Of a stretch of DNA of 64,000 nt, positions 13,299-25,600 are shown in pieces (within the stretch, counting starts at the first letter, position 1; every line of letters begins with the position of its first letter). The stretch is from assembly GCA_002269645.1 (NCBI GenBank), contig NIVC01003793.1, forward strand, positions 12,557 through 76,556, given 5' to 3'. The notes under the pieces are model-generated. The model was not told the DNA's origin. It saw only the letters and a program-made list of their open reading frames with translations, and did no database searches. The position numbers and the translations under genes were made by a program. This DNA comes from Macrostomum lignano. Lineage: Eukaryota.

Positions 13299-14009
13299 TT
13301 AGGTAATTTACCATAGTTGGATTAGAAAGGTAATATAGATATGTTAGAATAATTATGTAGTTGAGGATATCTATGCATTCTTTATGTATGTATTATGTGC
13401 TATCATACATGCCTAATACCTGTCTGACCCATCTGAACTAGACAGGTAAAATGGCTGCCGGCCAAGGTAAGTTGCATAATAGAAAAATTTGGGGAAGAAA
13501 AAAAGAAGACAAAAATAAAAGGAAAAGAAAGGAAGAAAAAAGAGGATATGAAAGAGGAAAGAGAAAAAGAAAGAAGAAAAAAAGCAAGAAAAGTCATATA
13601 CAAAGTTAAAATTAAGTCGTAATTGGGGATTCTAAGTTGCAATTAAGAGAAACTAAGGTAAAGTTGTTCGCTTTAACAACCATGCAAATAAAAAAGTAAT
13701 TATCAACATTTTGTAATTTGTAACATTTAAATTTGTAACACATCGCAATGTTACAAATTGCAAAATGTTGATAATTACTTTTTTATTTGCATAAGAGGAA
13801 CTAAGTCACACCAGATGGGTGAAATTTTGAGGTTGGGCCTGTATGTGTTCTATTTGTAGCTAGGCTTAGTTATAAATTGATTATATTTGTCTCTATTTGG
13901 TTATATTTTTGAGCCAAAAATGTATAAGCTAATTGCCAAGAAGACTTATTACCTTTATATTGAAATTTTATATTTTTAAGGGATATATTCATCGTAGCAG
14001 AAAGCAGAG

Positions 14010-15310
14010 TTAGGGCAGTGTTGGTAGCCCTCCAAGCTTCCTAGTTGTGAGCAGACTGGCAGCCAGTTGGTTGGCAGTTAACCTGTTAGTATAGGTATCA
14101 AGCTCCTGGCTTTCAAGCATGCAGCTGAGTAGATAGGCAAGCGCAAGATGCAGGTCAACACTGGCCACTTGCAGTGTACCTGAGTAAATGCTTGATATCT
14201 TGTTGGTCATGGTAACAAGTCTGTCCCTAGGTGCGAGGCCTTATTCAGGCCCTGGGAGACATCAAATCCATAGAGGTGATAGCCCTTGGAATACTCGTTG
14301 AGCACCAAGGAGCTCCATATCTCCTTGGGCTTCACCTCCATTCCCATGATAGTTGCTTCTTGCACCAGCTGGCAGAGGGCAGATAAACCCTGCCACAAAG
14401 TTGGCTGTGCTCTCTTAGGTGTCCCTGTAGGCCTCTAGGATTATTAGGACAATCACCTGGTTGTTGCCTTGACCAAGCACTGGTTCTGTGGTTGAATGCT
14501 GCCCACAAGATAAGTGGTTATCAATGTCCAACCTTTTTGTCTCATCCCCTCAAACCACTGCTGACAAAGATGATTAGCAGTCTTACTCTGACATGGTAGT
14601 GCCCCTGGCTGGTCTGAGGCTGGTGGTGGACAAAATATATCCTGGAACAAGAACAATAAGTCAGGAGAAAACAAGAGAGTATAATAATACAAAAAGTAGA
14701 GGCCAAAAAGCTGGTCAAATTCTTGGAATTTTGGCCTACATAGCACATAATGCATAGTGGATCACCAAGTGCAGAAATCAACACTGATGAAGATATGTGA
14801 TATCTTCTTAAAGTGCTAGAATGGTAATGTGATCTTGATCAATGTTTGGAGCAATTCTTTTTCACTCATTGTCATGCTTTGCCCCTTGATATATTATATA
14901 GGAAGATCCTAAGGCAATGTTAGCCTTAGTTTGCTATCTAAAAAGCTTGCATTTTGTAAGGTAGCTTTATGAAAATGCACACATTGTCTTTCTTGAATTC
15001 CCACTTTTTTGGGCATGCCTTATTGCACCTTGCAGTGAGCCATGATAGTCTCGTTGGCCTGGAAGAAATCTATTACCTCCTTGACAGATAGTGGGTTCCC
15101 CCTCAAAAAGGCGAAGAGAAGCCTCTTCTCAATCTATGATGGCTAGGTGCTCCTTCTTGAGCCTTCTTTGGTCAGTCATAACCCTCTTAATATAGTCTAT
15201 CTTGTTTTGCAATGAAGGTGATACAAGATCTCCAAAGCTTGTTTCTCCAAAACACAGACATCCCAGGTAGATACCTGTGGGCTTGTGATAGGTCAAACAA
15301 GTCAGAGTAA
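14010..15310 (-). pseudogene. Endogenous viral element: decayed RdRp core of a negative-strand RNA virus L gene (Mononegavirales/Jingchuvirales-like)
   Basis: Manual minus-strand translation gives motifs in canonical order: CPKKWEFK (premotif, ~15015-14992), QSMTMSEKELL (14881), FISVDFCTW* (motif A, ~14790-14762), FDQLFGL...FLFQDIFCPP, WFEGMRQKGWTLIT (motif B, EGMRQKGWT at 14551-14525), VLGQGNNQVI (motif C, GQGNNQ at 14474-14457) and GMEVKPKEIWSS..EYSKGY (motif D). Several stops and frameshifts interrupt it. Confidence 0.88.
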
Positions 15311-16693
15311 TTGTATTCTATAAAACTAGTAAACAACAATATGAGGAGTAAGCAATGTATATAGGCGAGTATATTGTTAGTTTATAATCTCATAGCACAT
15401 AATACAATATACTATATACCATATAACTTTATATCAATATAGTATCTTATATTATATGCGATAACATTTTTGAGCCAAAAATGTATAGGCTAATTTCCAA
15501 GAAGACTTATTACCTTTGTGTTGATTAATATTTTTAAGGGATTCATTCGTTTTGTTTTCTATTAGTTTGTTGGCTAATATATGAAATAACTTTTTAGTAG
15601 TATCTGTAATTATTAACTTTGGAATTAACTAATCTAATAAGTTAGTATTTTATTATTAATATTATTTGGTAGATTGCCATCCCTGATATTAATTAGTAGT
15701 AAGAAAAGCAACTTGATCATTATTTGCTATATCAAAGGCACTAGTGTACATGTATATATATACAATTTATAACAGAAATATAATAAAAAAATATTTGTAT
15801 CATTATATAACTAATGTATTTTCAAAAATATATATTTTGAAAATGGATTTTTTTGAAAATTGTATATGGGTCTTAAAAAAATACTTTCAGACAATACTTT
15901 AAAAAATGTTGTATTGCTCACTATTCACATTCATCTTAACAAAAGTAGTATTAATTTTTTAATTTTACCATACATTTTTTCTCTTTTATTTTCTAATTGC
16001 ACTAAACAACCTGCATTGAACACTACACAGCCTATGTTATGCTACAATATTGTGCTATGCCATATGTGCCAATATATTAACTTTAGAAAGCTTCTGTCCA
16101 TTGGAATTTTCTAGACAAAAAGACTTCATTCTAAGTGTAGAGTGTGCACTACGACTATATACCAAATGCAGTAGGGACCCTTTGTGTATACCAGAATTTT
16201 GTTTGGCAAAGGCGATTTTCATTTTAGCTATAAGTTTTATATTGCTATACAATGCAATACGAGTTCTGCAATACAAGTACAATGCAATACAACAGGAAGT
16301 GAAACATAGCTACTGACTGATACTACTTAATAGTAGTATTAAAGTAATACTCGCTCTGAAATTTCTTTGTTTTGTTGAATCTTTAAAATTCTTAATTTTG
16401 AGCAACTCGTGCTAAAATTAGTCCAGTTAAGGTCTAGACAATTTTGTCTGCAATGTGAAATGCATTAATTATTAATGTAAGCATATAAAATGTCTCCATT
16501 TCTTATAAATTTCTTTAGAGTGTCTTATCAAAATATTTTGAGCATGGCACCTTCAACATTATCCCACGATTTAAGTTTCACAGGGAAGAAATTGGCAGAC
16601 TAGTTTTACCAAGAAAATCTCAATAGACTTCAATTCCAGCATTCAACTTTCCTATCTTAACTTCTGCAGATAGAATAACTTCTGCAGACAGTT

Positions 16694-19600
16694 ATGTCTC
16701 ACTTCCTGTCAAAGCAGGCGGTGGAGTCAAGCGATGAAGACAGCAGCAGCGATAGTCTGAGCAGCAGCAGCAGTATTAGTGGCCGGGGCGGCGGTGGAGC
16801 TGAGGAAGCCAGCGACAAGCCCGACCAGTCTCCAGTGCCTTCAAAGAAGCGCAAACTCGATCCGAAATCCTCGTCAAAGCCGCAGAAGAAATCGCCTGAG
16901 CAGCACAAGAAAAAGAAGAAGAAAGATAAAAAGCAATTGGCCAAGAAAGACAAACAAAAGAAGAAGACTAATAAAGCCGCTATAGCGAGTGACAGCGATG
17001 GCGAAGACGGTGATGCGAACAACGATGTCGACAGCGAGGACAGCGAAGATGACGATGACAGCGAAGACGACGTTGAAGAGCTGCGCAAAGTGCAGCAGGG
17101 CTTCATTGTCGATAGCGAAGAGGACGAAGACAATGATAATGAGGACAATGGCGGCGCCGGCGGCGGCGGCGGCGGCAAAGCTGTTGCCGAGAAGCGCGGC
17201 GCTGGCGGCGGCGAAGGGGGCCACGGCGAAGGCGGCTTGAGCTCCGGCTCGGACTCTGAGCTGTCTGAAGATCTCGACGAAGAGGACCACGCCCTGATCG
17301 AGGAGAACACCGGCATCCGGCGTCGAGTTAAAAAACCAAAACGCGTAGTCGGCGTGGTTGATTCGGACGAAGACTCCGACGCTCGAAGCGGCGACTCCGG
17401 CGCAGCGACGGCGCAAGCCGGTGGGGCCAGCGCCGCTGCCGGCGCCGACGAAGCGATCCGGCGGGACATCTTCGGCGAGGACGACGACGACGACGAGGAT
17501 GTCGATGGCAACGACCGCTCCGCGCTGCCTGCGAGCGCCGCCGCCTCCGCTGCGCTGCTGACTCGGCGGCCGGGTGGGTGGCAGAGACTGACAGGCACTG
17601 GAGGCTGGGGCAGACAGACACTGAGACAGACAAGCACTGAGAGAGACAGACACTGAGACAGACAAGCACTGAGAGAGACAGACACTGAGACAGACAAGCA
17701 CTGAGACAGACACACTGAGACAGACAGGCACTGGGACAGACAGACACCGATACAGACAGACACTGGGACAGACAACCACTGAGACAGACAGACACTGGGA
17801 CAGACAAGCACTGAGACAGACAGACACTGGGGCAGACAAGCACTGAGACAGACACACTGGGACAGACAGACACTGAGACAGACAAGCACTGAGACAGACA
17901 GACACTGAGACAGACAGACACTGAGACGGACAAGCACTGAGACAGACAGGCACTGGGACAGACAGACACCGATACAGACAGACACTGGGACAGACAGACA
18001 CCGATACAGACAGACACTGGGACAGACAAGCACTGAGAGAGACAGACACTGAGACAGACAGGCACTGAGACAGACACACTGAGACAGACAGACACTGATA
18101 AAGACAGACACTGGGACAGACAGACACTGAGACAGACAGGCACTGAGACAGACACACTGAGACAGACAGGCACTGGGACAGACAGACACCGATAAAGACA
18201 AACACTGGGACAGACGCTGAGGTAGACAGACACTGGGACAGACAAACACTGAGACAGACAGGCACTAAGACAGACAGACACCGATACAGACAGACACTGG
18301 GACAGACAAGCACTGAGACAGACAGACACTGGGACAGACAAGCACTGAGACAGACAGACACTGAGACAGACAGACACCGATAAAGACAGACACTGGGACA
18401 GACGCTGAGGTAGACAGACACTGGGACAGACGCTGAGGTAGACAGACACTGGGACAGACAAGCACTGAGACAGACAGGCACTGGGACAGACAGACACCGA
18501 TACAGACAACCACTGAGACAGACAGACACTGGGACAGACAAGCACTGAGAGAGACAGACACTGAGACAGACAGGCACTGAGACAGACACACTGAGACAGA
18601 CAGACACTGATAAAGACAGACACTGGGACAGACAGACACTGAGACAGACAGGCACTGAGACAGACACACTGAGACAGACAGGCACTGGGACAGACAGACA
18701 CCGATACAGACAGACACTGGGACAGACAACCACTGAGACAGACAGACACTGGGACAGACAACCACTGAGACAGACAGACACTGGGACAGACAAGCACTGA
18801 GACAGACAGACACTGAGACAGACAAGCACTGAGACAGACAAGCACTGAGACAGACACACTGAGACAGACAGGCACTGGGACAGACAGGCACTGGGACAGA
18901 CAGATACCGATAAAGACAGACACTGGGACAGACGCTGAGGTAAACAGACACTGGGACAGACAGACACCGATACAGACAGACACTGGGACAGAGAACCACT
19001 GAGACAGACAGACACTGGGACAGACAAGCACTGAGACAGACAGACACTGAGACGGACAGACACTGAGACAGACAGACACTGAGACAGACAAGCACTGAGA
19101 CAGACAGACACTGAGACAGACAGGCACTGAGACAGACAAGCACTGAGACAGACAAGCACTGAGACAGACACACCGATACAGACAGGCACTGGGGCAGTCA
19201 GTCACTGGGCAGTTACATTGATGTTGACAGACAAACACGGGGCAGACAAACGCAAGGGCGCAGGCAGTCACGTGACTAAACCAGTAATTACGTCTATCGA
19301 CATTGTCAGGCCACAGCGACGACGACGACGAAGAAGAAGAAGAAGACGACGACGACGGCATGGCGCATTTTATTGTCGACGAGACTCGAGAAGGCGCCGC
19401 TGCCGGCGGCCCGTCGACATCGTCTGCCGGCCAGCGGCGTCCCGGCGGCGGCGGCGGCGGCAGTCGGGCGCTCCGACACGCGCAGGAAATTTTCGGCGTC
19501 GATTTCGACCGAGACGAATTTAATCAGTACGGAGAGGACAGCGCCGACGAGGACGAAGATGAAGACGAAGAAGATGATGAAGAGGAAGACCTCGACGACG

Positions 19601-22600
19601 AGGAAGCTGAGGATGAGGAGGGCGCCGTTGCCAGGCGGAAGCGTCGGAAAGCCGCGGCCACGCTGGCCGCACGCGCCGGTCCACGCGCCGCTGAAGAAGT
19701 TTTCGACCCCTCCGAATTGGAACGATTCCATCTGACTAAGGAGGACACCGAGATTCGAGCTACGGACCTGCCGGAGAGATTTCAAACTATGCGGCAAGTG
19801 GCAGTGAAACAGGCAGCTGACAATGACGAATTGCAGGAGGAAGCCGAATGGATCTACAATAACTGCTTTAGCAGCAGAACTATCACTAATCAGGTTTGGA
19901 TTTGGGGCGCGTTTGCCGATATGTTGAGTTAATCAGGGTTTGGTTTTTTTTCATTTATTTACCAGTAGCCAGCTGTATAACTCTCTCTGGGCAATTCCCT
20001 GTGAGTCTTTTTGCCGTCTCAGCATTCCCTATGACCCATTCTTATCTATCTGAGCGATTCCCTATGACCCATTCTTATCTATCTGAGCGATTCCCTATGA
20101 CCCATTCTTATCTATCTGAGCGATTCCCTATGACCCATTCTTATCTATCTGAGCGATTCCCTATGACCCATTCTTATCTATCTGAGCGATTTCCTATGAC
20201 CCATCCTTATCTATCTGAGCGATTCCCTATGACCCATTCTTATCTATCTGAGCGATTTCCTATGACCCATTCTTATCTATCTGAGCGATTCCCTATGACC
20301 CATTCTTATCTATCTGAGCGATTCCCTATGACCCATTCTTATCTATCTGAGCGATTCCCTATGACCCATTCTTATCTATCTGAGCGATTCCCTATGACCC
20401 ATTCTTATCTATCTGAGCGATTCCCTATGACCCATTCTTATCTATCTGAGCGATTCCCTATGACCCATCCTTATCTATCTGAGCGATTCCCTATGACCCA
20501 TTCTTATCTATCTGAGCGATTCCCTATGACCCATTCTTATCTATCTGAGCGATTCCCTATGACCCATTCTTATCTATCTGAGCGATTCCCTATGACCCAT
20601 TCTTATCTATCTGAGCGATTCCCTATGACCCATTCTTATCTATCTGAGCGATTCCCTATGACCCATTCTTATCTATCTGAGCGATTCCCTATGACCCATT
20701 CTTATCTATCTGAGCGATTCCCTATGACCCATTCTTATCTATCTGAGCGATTCCCTATGACCCATTCTTATCTATCTGAGCGATTCCCTATGACCCATTC
20801 TTATCTATCTGAGCGATTCCCTATGACCCATTCTTATCTATCTGAGCGATTCCCTATGACCCATTCTTATCTATCTGAGCGATTCCCTATGACCCATTCT
20901 TATCTATCTGAGCGATTCCCTATGACCCATTCTTATCTATCTGAGCGATTCCCTATGACCCATTCTTATCTATCTGAGCGATTCCCTATGACCCATTCTT
21001 ATCTATCTGAGCGATTCCCTATGACCCATTCTTATCTATCTGAGCGATTCCCTATGACCCATTCTTATCTATCTGAGCGATTCCCTATGACCCATCCTTA
21101 TCTATCTGAGCGATTCCCTATGACCCATTCTTATCTATCTGAGCGATTTCCTATGACCCATTCTTATCTATCTGAGCGATTCCCTATGACCCATTCTTAT
21201 CTATCTGAGCGATTCCCTATGACCCATTCTTATCTATCTGAGCGATTCCCTATGACCCATTCTTATCTATCTGAGCGATTCCCTATGACCCATTCTTATC
21301 TATCTGAGCGATTCCCTATGACCCATTCTTATCTATCTGAGCGATTCCCTATGACCCATTCTTATCTATCTGAGCGATTCCCTATGACCCATTCTTATCT
21401 ATCTGAGCGATTCCCTATGACCCATTCTTATCTATCTGAGCGATTCCCTATGACCCATTCTTATCTATCTGAGCGATTCCCTATGACCCATTCTTATCTA
21501 TCTGAGCGATTCCCTATGACCCATTCTTATCTATCTGAGCGATTCCCTATGACCCATTCTTATCTATCTGAGCGATTCCCTATGACCCATCCTTATCTAT
21601 CTGAGCGATTCCCTATGACCCATTCTTATCTATCTAAGCGATTCCCTATGACCCATTCTTATCTAAGCGATGCAGTTTAAGTTACGCGCTTTAAATTACT
21701 ATAAAAAGCGCAATTGCCGATATGTATCGTAAAACAACTATCCTAATGACTACTAAATCGATAAAAATCCCCAGCTTATACCCGGTGACGAAGCTTACGA
21801 GCACGGACTTAGCCGACGCCGCGGCGAAACTGTCGCCAAAATCTTTGCCGCCCTCGCCCTGATGCGCAACAAACTCTACGAAGTTCCCTTTATTGCCTTC
21901 TACCGGAAAGAGTTCGTAGAAAAAGAACTGAACCTCACTGACTTGTGGCGAATTTGGCAAGCCGATGAGAAGTGGACTCAATTGTGGCTTCGCAGGCGGC
22001 GGCTGCACGCTCTTCTCTCTCGGATGCAAAAGTACAAAGTTGAACAAGAATTCGCGCGCTACGAAGGCGCCGCCCTGCCGGACAATTATAGGCCACTTAG
22101 CGACGAGGATGTGGCCAGGGCCTTGAAAGTGAGTCAAAGATTTTCTAATGTTTGCATGATATTGTATTAGATCTAAATCTCTTGGCTCAGGATCTGAATC
22201 TCATAGCTTAGGATCTGAATCTCATAGCTTAGGATCTGAATCTCATAGCTGAGGATCTGAATCTCATAGCTTAGGATCTGAATCTCATAGCTCAGGATCT
22301 GAATCTCATAGCTCAGGATCTGAATCTCATAGCTGAGGATCTGAATCTCATAGCTGAGGATCTGAATCTCATAGCTTAGGATCTGAATCTCATAGCTCAG
22401 GATCTGAATCTCATAGCTCAGGATCTGAATCTCATAGCTTAGGATCTGAATCTCATAGCTCAGGATCTGAATCTCATAGCTTAGGATCTGAATCTCATAG
22501 CTCAGGATCTGAATCTCGTAGCTTAGGATCTGAATCTCGTAGCTTAGGATCTGTAAAATCTCAGCTTAAAATCTGAATCTCATAGCTTTTGATATGAATC

Positions 22601-25600
22601 TCATTGCTCAGGATCTGAATCTCATAGCTTAGGATCTGAATCTCATAGCTCAGGATCTGAATCTCATAGCTTAGGATCTGTAAAATCTCAGCTTAAAATC
22701 TGAATCTCATAGCTTTTGATATGAATCTCATTGCTCAGGATCTGAATCTCATAGCTTAGGATCTGAATCTCATAGCTTAGGATCTGAATCTTATAGCTTA
22801 GGATCTGAATCTCATAGCTTAGGATCTGAATCTCATAGCTCAGAATCTGAATCTCATAGCTCAGGATCTGAATCTCATAGTTCAGGATCTGAATCTCTTG
22901 GCTCAGGATCTGAATCTCATAGCTTAGGGTTATAATTAAACTAGGCAGCGATGGCACGTGATATTCAAATTATGTATCAATCTGAACTCTCACAGGTGAC
23001 CAGCCTAGAAGAGCTTGATGACGTCTATCAGCATTTTCTATTATACTATGGCCGCGACATGCAGGCTATGCACGAATACTTTGACGAGCTGCAGCAGCAG
23101 CAGGCTACTCAACAGCAGCAGCAGGCTCGGCGCAATCAGTTACGTCGTCAGGCCAATACTAGGCCTCAGTATCGGCTGTGTCTGGAGGCTAGGTAATTGA
23201 AATTCCCATTTTTATAGTTGTATTAGCACCCCTGTACGAAGCGTGAAATAATCGCCCTTGAAATAGTCATTGAAACCCTGTACATACATTGAACTAATCG
23301 CCTGTACATACATTTAAATAATCGCTCTGTACATACATTGAACTAATCGCCCTGTACATACATTGAACTAATCGCCCTGTACATACATTTAAATAATCGC
23401 TCTGTACATACATTTAAATAATCGCTCTGTACATACATTTAAATAATCGCTCTGTACATACATTTAAATAATCGCTCTGTACATACATTGAACTAATCGC
23501 TCTGTACATACATTGAACTAATCGCTCTGTACATACATTGAACTAATCACCCTGTACACATTTAACCTGTACTTATCGCGTACACACGAAAGAATTTCTA
23601 TGCAAACGCATTAAAAGAATCTTCCATGTGCTCGCCTTAAGTACCTTACCTACCTCATATCCCTTGATTCCTAGACTCGGTGGCCTTGCCCGTCGCTGGG
23701 GCCTCACTCCGGAACAATTTGCCGACAATCTCAAGGAGCAATTCTCGCGACACGAGGTCGATCAGTGCATGGTGGATCCCCTGGAAGCTGCCAGGGAATT
23801 TGTGTCCGAACGATTCCCCACGCCTGAGGACGCACTTGACGGGGCTCGGCTTGTTGTGGCCACTCAGGTTGCCGCGGACCCTACGGTGCGCTCTGTTTCA
23901 ACTTTAGGGTGTTCTGAGTTGTTTTGTATCACTTTATGGTGTTTTGAGTTTGTGTCTAACACAGTCTATAGTGTTCTGAGTTGGTGTCTAACACTTTAGG
24001 GTGTTCCTGAGTTTGTGTCTAACAGTCTAACACTTTATGGTGCTTTGAGTTGGTGTCTAACACAGTCTATAGTGTTCTGAGTTGGTGTCTAACACTTTAT
24101 GGTGTTCCTGAGTTTGTGTCTAACACTTTATGGTGCTTTGAGTTGGTGTCTAACACATTCTATAGTGTTCTGAGTTGGTGTCTAACACTTTAGGGTGTTC
24201 TGAGTTGGTGTCAAACGTATTCTTTAGTGTTCTGAGTTGGTGTCTAACGCATTCTATAATGTTCTGAGTTGGTGTCTAACACATTCTATAATGTTCTGAG
24301 TTGGTGTCTAACACATTCTATAGTGTTCTGAGTTGGTGTCTAACGCATTCTATAATGTTCTGAGTTGGTGTCTAACACATTCTATAATGTTTTGAGTCAG
24401 TGTCTAACGCATTCTATAATGTTCTGAGTTGGTGTCTAACACATTCTATAGTGTTCTGAGTTGGTGTCTAACGCATTCTATAATGTTTTGAGTTGGTGTC
24501 TAACGCATTCTATAATGTTTTGAGTTGGTGTCTAACGCATTCTATAGTGTTCTGAGTTGGTGTCTAACGCATTCTATAGTGTTCTGAGTTGGTGTCTAAC
24601 GCATTCTATAGTGTTCTGAGTTGGTGTCTAACGCATTCTATAGTGTTCTGAGTTGGTGTCTAACACATTCTTTAGTGTTCTGAGTTGGTGTCTAACGCAT
24701 CCCACATCCAATTTTACAGGTGAGACAGATTGTACGCAGGCGCTTCTTCTCATCCGCTAAGTTGACCGTGCGGCCAACTAAAAAAGGCCAACGGGAAATA
24801 GACGAAAGCCACCATTTATATCCGTACAAGTACCTAACCAACAAGGAGGTTGATAGTATCCATGGCGACGCGTTTCTAAAAATTCAACAAGGCCAAAAAG
24901 ACGGGTTAGTGACCTACGAGCTGCATATGGACGATAAGCCTACGAGGCGACAGCGAGTGGACATTGTCACCTATTCGTCCGAAGCCAAGCAGTACTTCTA
25001 TCGGGACGAGTACAGCGCCCTCGCTCGGGCCTGGAATGCTCAACGATTTCAAGCTTTAGATTATGCGCTCGAGAAACTGCTCTATCCCACTCTGCGCCGC
25101 CAACTGGAGGGAAGAATTATTCAAGAGGCTAGAGATGGTTAGTCTTTATTGGCTTGATATTCTTCTCCACGTCTGCGTGTTCCTGACATCTATGTGTTCT
25201 TTCTTAGAATTTGAGTGTTCTTTCTTAGAATTTGAGTGTTCTTTCTTAGAATTAAAGTGTTCTTTCTTAGAATTTGAGTGTTCTTTCTTAGAATTTGAGT
25301 GTTCTTTCTTAGAATTTGAGTGTTCTTTCTTAGAATTTTAGTGTTCTTTCTTAGAATTTTAGTGTTCTTTCTTAGAATTTGAGTGTTCTTTCTTAGAATT
25401 TGAGTGTTCTTTCTTAGAATTTGAGTGTTCTTTCTTAGAATTTGAGTGTTCTTTCTTAGAATTTGAGTGTTCTTTCTTAGAATTAAAGTGTTCTTTCTTA
25501 GAATTTGAGTGTTCTTTCTTAGAATCCAAAAGTTATTTCTTAGAATCCAAAAGTTCTTTCTTAGAATTTGAGTGTTCTTTCTTAGAATTTGAGTGTACTT

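Noticed and set aside
14207-14398. Resemblance of EYSKGYHLYGFDVS to Polinton/adintovirus capsid or a dehydrogenase segment
   Set aside because: The surrounding frames give ordered L-protein motifs A-D, which explain the segment far better.
16699-19361. Long minus-strand Cys/Ser/Val-rich ORFs (516, 771, 677 and 302 aa)
   Set aside because: They are antisense translations of the GACA repeat and of SPT6 exon 1.
19896-21680. 594-aa ORF ([11 protein letters not shown])n
   Set aside because: It is a translation of a stop-free 33-bp intronic minisatellite, out of frame with SPT6 exon 2 and inside a GT-AG intron.
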